Shown: piece after piece, positions 47,219 to 60,441 of the stretch | Numbering within the stretch: the stretch's first letter is position 1 | Layout: each line of letters begins with the position of its first letter | Assembly (NCBI GenBank): GCA_010015805.1 | Contig: ML978146.1 | Coordinates: 1 to 64,000 of the forward strand | DNA: 64,000 bases | Origin: Rhizodiscina lignyota | Lineage: Eukaryota | Direction of reading: 5' to 3' | Notes under the pieces: model-generated | What the model was told of the DNA's origin: nothing | Databases searched by the model: none | Seen by the model: only the letters and a program-made list of their open reading frames with translations | Program-made: the position numbers and the translations under genes

Positions 47219-48475
47219 GATGGTGCGAGATGGTGTTGAGATGGAAATGGGTTGGAGGATGTACGAGGGTTGATGTGCACTTATGATGTGCACTTGAGTT
47301 GGAGGTGTCTTGTGTTGAAAGTGGGTGGCGAGGTTACGCTTGGAGGGTGTGAGTTGAATGAAGGATGGTGGGAAATTGAAAATGTGATGGATTTATAGCT
47401 CATGAGCGTGTTACGGTTCGAATACGGCAAGCGCGTAGCTCTCGCGCTAGGCATCCATGAAAGGAATATGTGTTGAATGTGAGGTTGGGTGGACAATGGG
47501 GACAAGTGCACGCCATGCATGCTCCCCCATAATGTGACAGATCTTCCCGCGCAGAACGCATTGTATGTCACAGGCTTTTCATTCACATCTACGCAGGCTT
47601 CCAGAGTCTCCAGCGACGCCTTACATTCTTACGATGCTCAATGTGACATGTTCTCTTCATCTCTCCATAGTCCGCGGAAGTGGTAGTGGAGCATGCCGTT
47701 AATGCGGCGTGACGTTAGGCTCCAAACCTCATTGACACCGGACATATGAGATCTTCTGATCGAAGCCTGTTCAATGCATTTATCGTTGGACGAGAAGAAC
47801 TCACATTCCGGGAGACAGAGCATTTTGGCCGTTCCGTAAGGTGAGATAACCTGCTGCAGCAGCGATCAACAACGCGCTTGGCTACGTCGAAGGCGTTCAC
47901 GCCCCATTGCCACCATCCATGGAATCCTGGGCCATCCCAAAGGGCCGTTCCAGCACCGGGGCACTGCACACCGAGGAGAATGAAAGCTCTTGAAGGATGG
48001 CTCGTCTTGAAATGGCACGAAGCGGAGGAGCGAAGTCCAGTTAAAGTAAAGCATCCCAACCGAGCGTCTAAGCTTGAGAGGCCGAGCAAGCGGCGCACCC
48101 GCTCCCCCAAACTCAACATCGGAGAGCTCGGTAGCCGATCCGTCGGCTCGAATGGAGTCGCGTCTGCAGTCATGATCGCAAGTGGAAGTGAGGCGCTGGA
48201 GATAAGACGCGCTGGGAGAGGAGAGGAAAGGGGCTGCTCGTATTGCGCCGAAGCAGCGGGCCCGCCCACCTTCCCCGCTGCCAGACGCGCGCTGCACAGC
48301 TCAAAGTCCATGCCACTCTGTCCACACTCCTGCATGTGAGCGTTATTTGGCATTCTTCTACATATAAAAGCTTATTCACCACTCTCGCTTTGCTTCCTCC
48401 TTCTCGTTCGGGCCTTAATCGCAAGCGCAGCCTATCACGCACACGCAGCGGCATTATCCCTCATTATCCATCAAT

Positions 48476-49776
48476 ATGGCAGCTCCACACCCAACGTGGG
48501 CACTGCCATACAAAGACAGAGCGTCCCTCCCCAGTACTCCTCCGCTCGCTGCCTATCTTCTACGTCTGATCCACCTCAAGCGCTCGAACCTCTGCCTCTC
48601 CGCCGACGTCACTACGACTTCTGAGCTGCTCTCACTAGCTGAAGAAGTGGGCGATTCAATATGTCTCCTGAAGACCCACGCCGACATCATCAACGACTTC
48701 TCCGACCGGACGGTTAGAGAATTGCGAGGTATCGCGAGAAGGAAGCGCTTCTTAATTTTCGAGGACCGCAAATTCGGTGATATTGGAAGTACGTGAGATT
48801 CAATGCGCTCCATCGCACAAACGCGGCACAGTTGCGATGACATCAGTCCTCCTCTCCAAGTCACTATTCCAATTACCAGTCATACGTTATACCTGCCAAT
48901 TCATATTTTATAACTTTCCTATTCAAAATCGAATTCAACTATTGAACTCTCCCTAACCACACCCCCACAGGCACCGTCCAGCGCCAATACACCTCCGGTC
49001 CCCTCTCCATCGCCAAATGGGCCGAAATCACAAACGCCCACCTCTTCCCCGGCCCGCTGATCGTTACCGCCCTCAAGCAAGCAGCAGCCACTGCCATCGC
49101 CGCCTACAACACCTCCGTACAAACAGATATCAGCGTCGGCTCTCCCATCGAGCCCCCCTCGTACGCCGAATCGTCGTCCTCCCACGCCAATGCCACCAAC
49201 CATGTCCCGAATAATACTTCCAGCCCCGACAGAGACGCCTTCGCGCGAGAAGGATGCGATGCACGCAAGCACAGCGTCGTCAGCATCACGCACACCATCA
49301 GCACGCAGACGGAGCCGATGAGTCCACAGGCTACCCCGAGTTTCGACGACTCAGATCCTATTCCAAATATCAACTCGCCGTTCCTGCGCGGCCTCCTGCT
49401 TCTAGCGGAGATGTCGACCGAGGGAAACTTTCTGACGGGCTCCTACACTTCCTCATGCGTCGAGGTGGCGCGGCAGCACAAAGATTTCGTGCTGGGCTTC
49501 ATTGCGCAGCGCTCGCTGAATACTCAAAAAGAGGACAATTTCATCACCATGACGCCAGGTGTGAGTCTACCACCTCCAGGGCAGGAAGGTAAGGTCGGAG
49601 GAGACGGCCTCGGACAGCAGTATAACAGCCCCAGGAGCGTGGTGCTGGAGAAAGGGAGCGATGTGGTTATCGTAGGCAGGGGCATTCTCAATGCGGATGA
49701 TCGGAGCGCGGAGGCGGAGCGCTATCGGCAGGAGGCGTGGACGGCTTACGAGGCGAGGATCGGGAGAAGACGTTGA
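48476..49776 (+). CDS. URA3: Orotidine-5'-phosphate decarboxylase; intron 48789-48970
   Basis: SNLCLSADV, LKTHADI, FEDRKFGDIGSTVQRQY, RGLLLLAEMS, MTPGV, DGLGQQY, IVGRGI. Confidence 0.97.
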
Positions 49777-50239
49777 TAGGAATGAGATGAGGACATGATG
49801 AGATATGAAACAGATGGATGATACCCTTGTTTCGATGCGGGATTTTTGGTAAATGTTGGAAGCTCTTTTCGTAGGTCCCATGTACAATACAGAACGTATA
49901 TATCGCGAAGCGTACGGCTTTTGCTTTCGAATGAAATGAATAAATGTGCACACAAGCGTGCTCGCCTTTAGTTTTGCTACAGGTAGCTATAATAGCAGAA
50001 TCGACAGTCATCGGCACAATTGACAAGGCTTCCGTGATTATTTCATTGATTGATCGATGCCAGCACGATTGTTTGGGGGCATAGCTTGGCTTTCCTTCTT
50101 CTACCTCCCCGGCATCGAGTCCTTGCCTTTAAGAGTTCAATTAACTCAGTACATCTGACGCTTGATTACGATATACTTGTTATTCAAGAATGCCAGTATT
50201 GACTTGGCTAACAGTACGTTGCATCCTTTACTAAAGACT

Positions 50240-53200
50240 TCACCCTTCCACCACCGACCCCAACGCCTCTGTTCTTTCAGTTAATTCAGCACTCGTTTTT
50301 AAATTCACCGCCCCACTCAGTGCCCTCGTGATGCTCGTCTCCGCGCGTTCATGCACCAGCCTGCGCAAATGCTGAATGATAAACCCGGAAACGATATCAA
50401 TGCTCCAGCTATCCGGAATCTGGATCAACACCTCACCTACATCAAACCATGCGCCGAATCTCTCCAGCAGCTCACCCGTCCGCTCAACTCGTTCTGTTAC
50501 GCTTTCCAAGGCTAGGAACTCGCGCAAAAGGAATCCGAATAGTCGAGATTGCTCCACTCGGGAAGGGCGCTGGGAGGACACAGCGCTGGGCCCTGCTTCG
50601 CCTGGGAAGAGACTCGAACCACCGAGGAGACAGTACCGGATCGCGGTGTCGAAGTCACCCAAACCGTGGACCAGTAAGCGAACTGCTTCTTCGTGGCGCT
50701 GCTGCTGGCCATGCAGGATGATCATCTCGGGCACGAGCTCGCGCTCGTACGGGTGGAGTTGTTCCATTAGGGCGGCAGTGTCGTAGCCAGTGCCGGTGGA
50801 AGTAGTAGTAATAGTTGTAGTTCCTTTAACGTCCAATCCTCCTCCAAGCAGTTGTAGCAGACGCAGACGCGAGTTCCACCATTCAGACGGGATGGCGTTG
50901 TCGGTGATGAAGTCCTTATACGTCGGTTTCGGGGGCGCGAGAGCGCGGTACGTCTCGTAAGTTTGGAGGAGCGTTGAGCGGGCCTCTTCGGATGAAGAAA
51001 GCTCGTCGAGCACGTTCGTCAGGTAGTACGATATCAGCTCGTTGGCGTGTTGCGTTTGCTTCTTCCCAAACACCAAGAACTCTAAATACTCCTTAACCGC
51101 ATCAGGCGCGCCCTCCCGCAGAATCTGCAGCGCTTCAGAGGGTGTGAATGTCACTTTGCTGTGGTCATCCGCGAAGACTTGCACGCCGAGCTTAGGGTTG
51201 CGCGCGGCGAGCCATGTCCCGTATTCTTTCACGATGTTCGTGTCGCGCGTCTTGCTGAGGTACCTGCGCAGCTCGTGCTCTCCATCAGTGAATTCGCCGC
51301 CCACATCTTCCTCGCCACTGATGATGCGCTTCCATGTCTGCACGACGCGGCTGGAGAGCTTGCGGTGATGGTACAAGCGGCTCAGGACGTAGAGGCGCTT
51401 GTATTGCTCGAGAAGGATGACGGCGCGGTCAAAGCAGTCGACGCCACTGCCTACGACGGCGTTCAGCTCTGCACGAATTGAGCCTGCTGTTGCGGGGCCT
51501 TTTGGCGTGTCCTTGTCTAGTATGAGGAGGACGTGAAGGAGAGCTGCGTCGACAGTTGAGAAGATTTCTGTCGCATCGGCGATGCTCCCGAACCCTTTTT
51601 TACGCCGCCAATGCAGTAGATATGCTCTGGTTAATTGCAAGATATCAATGAAGCCCGGTTGAGACTCCTCCAATTTAAATTCGGAATCTTCAGAATCTCC
51701 AAGTCTTTTTAGTGTCTCCTGGATTATGGGTTTGAGTCCACCGTACACCCAGATCCCCTGCTTGCTGTATACTACTTCATTTCGGATGACAGGTAGGAAG
51801 CTGAGCAGAACTCTAGGATCAAGGTCGCACGCGAGCAAAGCCTCTTTCGTTGTGCGCATGCTGTGATCGATAATAGCCTGGTGACGCGCTTCCACAAGGA
51901 GACCTGCAAACATTATGAATGCTGCTTTCTGTCTGATATAAGCGAAGCCAATGAATTCTAGCTCAGTCCTGGACTCCAAGCCGCGGAGATCGTTAAAGAC
52001 GGCTTCTACAGCCTGGCGCGAAGGAAAGCTTGATATCTTTGCGCCTTGGAAGTCGGCTAGAGCAGATTCGAGTCGGGCGTCAAGCTGCATAACGAGTGGA
52101 CTCTTAACGAGCCAGTGGACTTCCGAGCCATACCAAGTGACTAGGCGAGAAGATGTATTGCCCAGCCGTCTAGAAAATTCAAGTTCCTCCTTTTCTCGCT
52201 TTGCCGTTGGCGAGGTGACTTCTCCGTTGCCTGCATTGTCCTGTGGGCTTTCGAGATTCAAGGATGTTAATGCCAGGCGTTCGCCTACTCCGGGGATGCT
52301 AAGATCGACAGATGAAACAATTTGCCGCAGGCCAAGCTCGAGTTTCTGGTCCTCTACGGTGCCTTCAGCATCGTGAGTTGACTTGATAGTCATGAATGTC
52401 TTGTTCGAGACGCCTTCGCCGGGGTCTATATCCCATCGCTGGGTCTCAATGCCAGTCTCCCACACATCGCCTTGTTTACGCTGCACTACCGCCAGCACAT
52501 ATCCCTCTTCGCTGACGTCGCCGCTTGCAGTTGAAGCGGACAAGTCGATACCTTTTCCGTCAACCACTAGAGACGATGGGTAGCTGCTGAATTCAATCGT
52601 TCCTCTCACTACATCTCCATCAAGATTTACAAACATGCCCACTCCGGGATCGGTGAGCGCAGTTCCTGTCGTCAGCAAGAACTCCGAGACAGTCGGTGAT
52701 ACTACATGCGGCCGCAATATACTTGGATGCTTAATGCTTGGAGGCGGAGAAATCTGAGGCTGCTCTTCTTGCGGTGGTGGAGGCAGGGCCTTATCAGTCG
52801 ACCCTCTTCGTGATGGATTGTGCGGAACTTGCAACGACCGCTCGGGGGAGCCAGAAGGCGCGGGAGATCTGGCTGGTGCTGGGGACTGCATGCGGGATAG
52901 AGATTCTGGTGCATCGAAGCCGTACCTGCCACTCAAAGGCCGCGGGGACCTTTCTGGTGGAGCTGCTGACTCGGGACTCGTTGCAAAGATACCAAGACTC
53001 GTACTTCGTCCATGGCCATGCGTAGAGCTAGGTCTCGGATCTGCTCCAGCAGATGACACGCTCCGTGATTGCGTGCGCGATTGAGCTGGCCACGTCTCTG
53101 GTGGTGGGCCAACTGGGTTCTGCGGAGGTTCGTCGATTGAGGAGATGGGGAAGAGGGGAATTCGCTGCTGGTGGACCACGTCGAGGAGTGAATATGAATG

Positions 53201-53863
53201 AGCGTCGGAGACACATGCAAAGTCGCCTCTTCGCGAAGTCGCAAGACAGCCTCCGAGTTCGATATCCCGGATTTTGTGCGGGTTTTGGAGGCTATCTGCT
53301 ATTTTAACCAAGCGAATCCTCGTCTTGAGGCATAGCATAATGATGACACCATCTTGATCGGATCGTGAACTTGGCTCATTCTGATCAATTCCACCCACCC
53401 AAACGCAATTGAGTGGCTTCAGTCGCGGGAAGGCAGGGCTTAACTCAGGCAGCGAGTAAAAGCTTAAGGTATTGTTGCAAAGAATGCAGGCCTTGTTGAC
53501 TGTCGGCAGAAGGAGTATCTGCTGTACGCCATCTTCTGCCTGTTGTATTACTGGCGGCTGTAGTCGAGACGCTATGATATATGTTGGCTGTCCGGAGGCA
53601 TCGCTCGGATCTGGAGGTATTTGAACGAAGTGGAGGATTTCGGCGGCCGATGTCCCAATGTATAGGTTCTCACCTGTAATCGCATCAGATTCATATACTC
53701 TCAAGGAATACTAATTCTTACCCCAAACCTCTACACAGGTTATGCGCACATTGCTTGCATCGCCATCTGCAGAGAGTGGGATGTCTGAAATCAGCGGGCG
53801 ACGAGTGTAAGGTCCACTTTCGGTTGCGCCGACCTGGGGATCTGGGTCTCGCGCGGGATTCAT
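50240..53863 (-). CDS. VPS3: Vps3/TGFBRAP1 (Vam6/Vps39-like) CNH-domain CORVET subunit; intron ~53721-53671
   Basis: ITCVEVW/GENLYIGTS..ILHF, GVGMFVNLDGDVVRGT, KEYLEFLV, LVHGLGDFDTAIRYC, IPDSWSI. Confidence 0.85.
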
Positions 53864-54156
53864 GATGAATAGCTCGTTCTAGAGCCATTGCAATCGACTA
53901 TCGAGGCATCATTGGTTGTATTTGGAGTGGTAGGCAGCTGTTCTCGAGATTCGTATATCAAGAAGCTTGGGCCATGCGGCGTTTACAGGGAACCTCCGAG
54001 ACAACATCCAGGTCGACTTATATACGTAGCACCACAGCAACGTCACAACGACGAAGCCCCTATAAGGCTGTGAACTGGATTGCTATGATCCAGGGCGCTT
54101 GGTGATCGCAAAGCTCATCCAACGTTCAGCGAGTGGCCGAGGCACGAGTGGGCGCG

Positions 54157-56619
54157 ATGGACCCAACCACCGAGAGTCAACCTCCAGATGGGAACGAGAA
54201 AGTGAGCGAGAACGCCGACAAGAGCAGTGACGCAGCAACCGAGAAACCTGCGGCCAATCCACCAGAGGAGAATAAATTCCAGCAAGCAATTGCAGCTTGG
54301 CGGAGTAAGCCTTTGCACAGAACAGTCCTCTCTGACCAAGTATCTAATGACACTTAGACATTGACCTCACGAACCTAATACCCACTCTCGATTCCACCGC
54401 TTCAGATATAGTCGCCCATCAGAGAGACGCTCTCGAACAACGAAAGGACCTTGCGCAGAAGACCAGGGACTTTCGAAAGCTCGAGGACGCTGGAAAGCTT
54501 GCCGAGTATAAAGCGTTGCTGAAAGGTATATGCCTACTGAATATGATGGTATTCTGGTACCACTAACTTTACACAGCCTATCAGTCCTTCATAGATGTTA
54601 TCACGAACCAGTCAAAAGCTGTCCAAGCAGCCTTCCTCCAAGTTTACTCCCCACTCTCAGAAGCTCCCGACCCGTACCCCTTGCTCGAAGCTTCCATCGA
54701 CTCACTTGTCACGGCAGATGAGACACTGCCGAAACTTGCAGGCGAGAATGAACACCTTCAGAAGTCTATTGCTAGCCTTACAACGCAGCTGGAGGACACG
54801 GAGAAGCGATTGGAGCAGGAACGCAGCGCCAAGCAAGCACTAGAGAACACGAGAGACGAGAAAATCAAAGAGGTCGAGGCGTCCTGGTCAGCTGTGATCA
54901 AGGAGAAGCAAGACAACTGGGAGGCAAAGGAGAAGAGTCTGGAAGAGAAGGTCGAGAACCAGGAGCGGCTTCTGAAGGAACTCAAGGCGAACTACGAAGT
55001 CACACAGCGCCTGGGCAAGGGAGAAGATGACATGTCGGGACACTCAGGAGCATCAGTAGCCGAATTGGAGATTGTGCATTCGGAGCTAGATCGTGCGAAT
55101 ATGCGACTAGCAGAAGTTGAGGCGCGCAATGAGCAGCTGAGGCTCGAACTTGCGCAGTCGGCTTCGAATACACAGAAAGCAGCGGCAACAAATGTCGAGG
55201 ATGATCCGGCATTCTTGAGATTGCAATCTGAGAATTCATCTCTGATGCGTCGGCTTGACAGCGCACGATACGACAGAGACGCCGAAAAGAGAAAGTGGGA
55301 AGCGGATGTACGGTCGTTGGAGAAGGATGTTGCGGCTCTCAAAGCGGATAGAGACGCTCTGAAGCAAAAGGTTCACAGGTGGGGAGACTACGAAAGTATC
55401 AAGAGCGAGCTTGAGGTTCTGAAGGTGAGTTCCTGAATCATGTCCTCGTCAATCAAATTGATCTAACTATGTGTAGACTATCGAATTCGCTACAGGCGAT
55501 GACGATGATAACGCCGACGAAGACGCCGAGCTTGCTGAAGCTGCAAAAGCGAATGGCTCAGCCAGTGAATCGAAGCGCGAGAGTTTGGAGCAGCTGCTCC
55601 TCGCTCGTAATAAGAAGCTCAACAATGAGCTAACCATACTCAGAGTATCTCACCACGACCTCCAACGAAAGCTGGAGGCACTGCAGGAAGAAAACTCAAA
55701 CACAAACATGGAGCTGGAGAAGGCGCGCAGCCTCGCGTCCACACTAGAAAATGACCTCGTCAAGGTCCAGCAGGAAGCTGCTAATGCTTTCGACCCGTCT
55801 GCAAGGTCTGTTGCGGGCACTTACACATCGCGCTATCCGCAGTCGTCCGTTCGAAGAGGTGGTCGAGCATCACCAACATCATCCATCATCTCAGGCTTTG
55901 ACCCCGGACATACACCAGGCACACCAACTCTTGAGACCCTTCGAGCTGGCGAACCAGTCGGAGGCGGATCTGGTATCCTTCCCATGATAACAGCGCAGCG
56001 TGATCGATTTAAGAAGAAGAATGCTGAGCTCGAGAGCGAGCTGCAGAAGTCACACCAAACAGTCTCAAATCTCCGTTCAGAGATCGCGTCTCTCCAGAAG
56101 GACAATCTCAGTCTATACGAGAAGACGCGCTACGTCTCAACCTACAACCGTGGCGGACATCAATACAACGGTCCCACATCCTCCGCCTCTGCATACGCGA
56201 CTAACCCCAACCCATCGAGCGTGTACGTCGCTGACACCCCAACTACCCCATCTGCCGACGCGCGCTATCGATCAGCGTACGAATCGCACATCAACCCCTT
56301 CTCCGCGTTCCGAGGCCGAGAGTCCGCAAGGGCAATGAAGAGGATGAGTTATCCAGAGCGCATTGTGTTCCAGATCACGCGTATGGTGCTGTCGACAAGG
56401 ACGAGCAGGAACCTCTTCGCGGCGTATTGTCTTGCGCTGCATCTGTTGGTTTTCGTCATGCTGTATTGGATGGGCAGTGTGGATGTAGCGCATAGTGTGC
56501 CTAATCTAAGTGACACGGCTGGCGCTGCAGTTCCAGTTGCTGCAGGTGTCGCGGATGCTGTCGCTGGGGCAGCGGACGCAGGAGAGTGGCACCAGGAGGC
56601 TCCTCCGGGTGGTGGGTAG
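54157..56619 (+). CDS. COY1: Golgi coiled-coil protein CASP/Coy1; introns 54305-54357, 54526-54576, 55425-55476
   Basis: RKDLAQKTRDFRK, LSEAPDPYPLL, LEQLLLARNKKL, ILPMITAQRDRFK, DNLSLYEKTRY, C-terminal TM YCLALHLLVF. Confidence 0.92.
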
Positions 56620-56678
56620 GCGTCGGGATGTACAGCAATGTGTAATATACTAACACTTGAATCGACTTTGGATTTGCA

Positions 56679-57233
56679 TCACCCATCGTCTGCCGTTCTC
56701 AGGTTCTTCATATAGACGCGACTTCCCACCCACTCGCCTTTACTCTCCCACGCTCTTTCAATATCCTTGACCTTCTCGAAACCCAATCGCTCCGCGAGCC
56801 GCCATGACCCAGTGTTGCGCGGGTCGCACTCGATCTCCAACTCTGTCACATCAAAATTCGTCGTTAGTGTCGTGATTAATGCCTCCATCGCCTCGGTTGC
56901 AAATCCTTTCCCTTGAGCTGACGGCATGAATGAGAACCATATATCGGCTTTACTAATGCCGTGATCTATTTTCGCACCAACACGGCCGATGAATGCATTT
57001 TCGTCTTTCTTGATGACCGCGAGCTCTACAAGTGTCCGAGGGAATTTAGACTGGTTGTCAACGATGTCTTGTACGAGTGTAGCGGCTTGGGCTCTGCTTC
57101 GTGGCGACCAGTCTTGGTACCGCACGACTTCTGGGATGGATTCTAGGGAGTAGAAATTTTCCATGTCTGAGGTGCTGAGCTCCTGGATCTGGAGACGGTC
57201 TGTCTGGAAGTTTAGAGGGAATTGTGAATTCAT
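56679..57233 (-). CDS. GNAT acetyltransferase (RimJ/RimL type)
   Basis: TDRL, QGKGFATEA, DPRNTGSWRLAERLGF. Confidence 0.88.
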   Translation of the reverse strand: MNSQFPLNFQTDRLQIQELSTSDMENFYSLESIPEVVRYQDWSPRSRAQAATLVQDIVDNQSKFPRTLVELAVIKKDENAFIGRVGAKIDHGISKADIWFSFMPSAQGKGFATEAMEALITTLTTNFDVTELEIECDPRNTGSWRLAERLGFEKVKDIERAWESKGEWVGSRVYMKNLRTADDG

Positions 57234-57594
57234 CTTGACATAGGGCAGCTCTGTGACTGGTCGAGTAGCTGAAGAGTCCGAAGAATAGAAGTAGTAAGTG
57301 AAAGTTAGACTTAGCGCCCTTAATATCCTGTAAATAGCAGTTCTAACAACATCCACCCACCTCCGAACAGCGGGGATGCTAAACACTTTTAATTTAACTA
57401 AACCCATATTGCATTAATGGCATCGTATCGTAAGGGAAGACAGAAAGGTGGTAGCGTTCCGTAAACACAGCTAGCCACAAACCGTGGCGCCGAGGCATGG
57501 GCGGGATGGGAATGTTTTTAAGGTTAACGCGACCCCGGCGCTGATCATTCTTGAAGATACTCATCTCTTTATCTCCAACTGCCAATCGGCCACG

Positions 57595-59472
57595 ATGGCG
57601 TCTGAGGATTCAGAAGCCGCTGCGCTGGGACACAGATACCTGATCAAGCGGCCGAAAGTGCTGCAGTATTTCTATGGCGGGCAGTTGAAGAAGGCGAATG
57701 ACGAAGAGAGACAAGCCGGACGGTTCGAGCTATTCCTGGACCTGTTGTACGTTGCTTTGGTACGTAGATTGGGTATTGCTAAAGAGTTATGGGTTGGTCT
57801 AGATGATAGGCAATTGATTCGAGAATTACAGGTTGCAAATATGGCTGAAAATTTCGCGGATCACGCGAATGGCAACGGTCTAGTTAAGTATATGCTTATC
57901 TTCAGGTATGAATAAAACTGATTCCTCGTCGGACTTTGATACACCGTTTGCTGATTAACGTGATATAGCCCAGCATGGTATGTACCAAGCAAAAATCAGA
58001 CGCATCGAACCAATCTAACGAACAGAGGCACGCATGGTCTGATCTACGCGAAGTCATGAACTCATACTACAACGACGATCTTCTTCAGCGTTGTCTTATC
58101 CTCTGGGTGATGGGGCTCCTCATCCTCTACGGTAACAACTGCATCTACATCGACGGCGGCCCTGAAGAATCGAGTGCTACCTCAGCTGCCCTTGCCAGAC
58201 GACAAGCTTCATCCGGCGAGCCCATTGATGAGAGCGAGAATGACGGCATCCCTGGTCTTAGTGCTCTCCGTGCAACCACCGGCGCGTACATGACTGCCCG
58301 ATTGACAATCATCTTGATATACTACATCTATTCGTTCGCATCTCACCAACATCGGCCACAAGCTCGGATCTTCGCATCGCTCAACTTGGTCGGCCTCTTC
58401 CTGTGGATCCCAATGTTCTTTGAAACCATTTCCTTGCGAGGCAAAATTGCCGTCGCAGTCGTCGCCATCGTGTACGAAGAAGCGGCGTGGATCTGGTCCT
58501 TCGGGCCGTGGGTCAAGAAGATGCTGAAATTGGAGTATTCGACCGCCGTGGATGTTGAGCACGAGATTGACCGCCAGGCTGCGTTTTACATCATCGTGCT
58601 CGGTGAATTTGTGTACGGTATCGTGGTGGGCAGTCCGGCGGGGATCGGACTGACGCTGAATTATTTTCGCGCGGTCGAAGTGCTGGTCATCGCATTCAGC
58701 TTCAATTGGATATATGTGAACAGGGATGGAAGCATTGAGAGTACGCATCCGCTGAGCAGGTCAGTGGTTTCTGCGTTCATATGGTTCATTATTCATCTTC
58801 CTCTTACGGCTAGTCTGCTCATTGGCGGTCATGTTGCGAGTGTTTCTGTGGGGAAGGAAGGTTTGGAGTCTGGCGAGAGATGGTTGCTATGCGGAGGCCT
58901 CGCAGCAGGCCTCTTTTGCTTGTGGATCATCGGTGTCCTCGAAAATGGGAGAGATCCGCCGAAAATTCTCATCATGCCCAAGGTAAGCTCTTCCTGGTTA
59001 TTGTTCTCTCATTTCGATTTCCTCTAATCTCAGATGATCCGAGGAGACTACCCTGTGCATGGATTATGAATTTGTTCAGCGTTGACAAGTGGCGGGAGGT
59101 TGCTCCCTGTGTATTGAGCGCGGTACTCGAGGCTGTTGCAATTGGGCTTCTCTCTTGTGCATCCGTGTCAGAAAATGCTGACTTCAGCTATAGCCAGTAC
59201 GAATGTTGCCACGACTGCTATGCGCAATCACCTTGGCTGCAGTTCCTTTGGCTGATAGTCTGAACGTGACTCAACTTCTCTCCATTCCAACGGGGCTGAT
59301 CTTGTTCATCGTGGTCTGGGAGACCATCGGCGCTCTGAAACGGTGTTCTAATATCTTCGAGAGCTGGAGGGATACTATCTCAGAAGAGAATGCAGCGGTA
59401 GAAAAATCGGAATCTAAACCTGCGATGTTGGACGGAAATAGAGGAGAACTTATGTCGACATTGGAGCAATGA
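57595..59472 (+). CDS. Low-temperature-requirement A (LtrA) family membrane protein, multi-exon
   Basis: ELFLDLLYVA, EHEIDRQAAFYIIVLGE, FIIHLPL; several GT-AG introns including a probable micro-exon at 57969-57977. Confidence 0.82.
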
Positions 59473-59779
59473 TATATGTAGAAGCTTGTTGATAGAACTG
59501 CCTTTCGCAGCCATTGTCAATATATACATACAAATGATTCCCAGTTGCATTCCTAGATCGGAGTTCGATCAGCTCGTCTTAAAAGCACCGTATCTGATGT
59601 GAGCGCGTTGACCATTGCGCATATGTCGCTTTGATATCCTTCCGATGGTTCTTCGTCCGCCGCATTCTATGTGGTATATCACGATCCCAGAACGCCGCCA
59701 GATGCTAGTTGTCCAACATGATATATGTTACAATGCGAATCTTGCAATGCTGTACAGCTCGAAATGGTTCGGAGTAGTT

Positions 59780-60196
59780 TCATTTCCGTTTATGAGGGCC
59801 GATAATTCTGGGATACATTCGCTTGAGGAGTTTATTGATGTCGTTCTGGCCAGTCTTCCGTTCTCTCTGTGAAATGGCATGTAAGTATCTGGCCTTCGCA
59901 AGCTAATTGCGCAAACCTCACCTTCGTGTCCATGCAAGTTCGTAATTGCTGCTCTAGAGCTCCGCAACCCTGTACGCTATAACCCGTCGACGCCCAACAG
60001 CCTAGATCGATTGTTAGTAGTACCACCCTACCATGCACAAGACAGTCGATTTCGTACTCAGTACTGAAGCCATGATGTTCAGACATGGGTTTTTCTCCGG
60101 TGGATTCGGCTGCCGTACTAGGAGTTTTGGAAGTGGAGGAAGTTTCGGGGCAGCAAGAGCTGCGCTCTTTGCAGTACGCGGCGGTTTTGGAACCAT
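59780..60196 (-). CDS. MRP10: Mitochondrial small-subunit ribosomal protein Mrp10 (mS37), two introns
   Basis: KLPPLPKL.VRQPN..NPC..MASVL/CWAS..C..LEQQLRTCMD/..INKLLKRMYPRIIGPHKRK (twin CX9C). Confidence 0.9.
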
Positions 60197-60441
60197 ATTC
60201 GAGTCTCAGAACATCAATTCATAATTACTGAATGAATCCAATGAACATGCCGGAAAGTCATCGTCTTGAAGTTGGAAAGTTGTGCCGGGGGTTCATGTTG
60301 TTCCGGCCGGTCGCTGTGACGCGCCGTTTGTTTACGCCGCATAGTTGCGCAGCACGAGGCCGTAACGTCAGTTCTCCATACATGTTCTACCTGCCTCGAG
60401 CAATTGCACGGCTTCCCCATCAGTATATGGTACCAATTGTC

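Noticed and set aside
49080..49380. Long insertion in URA3
   Set aside because: Such insertions are usual in filamentous ascomycete OMP decarboxylases.
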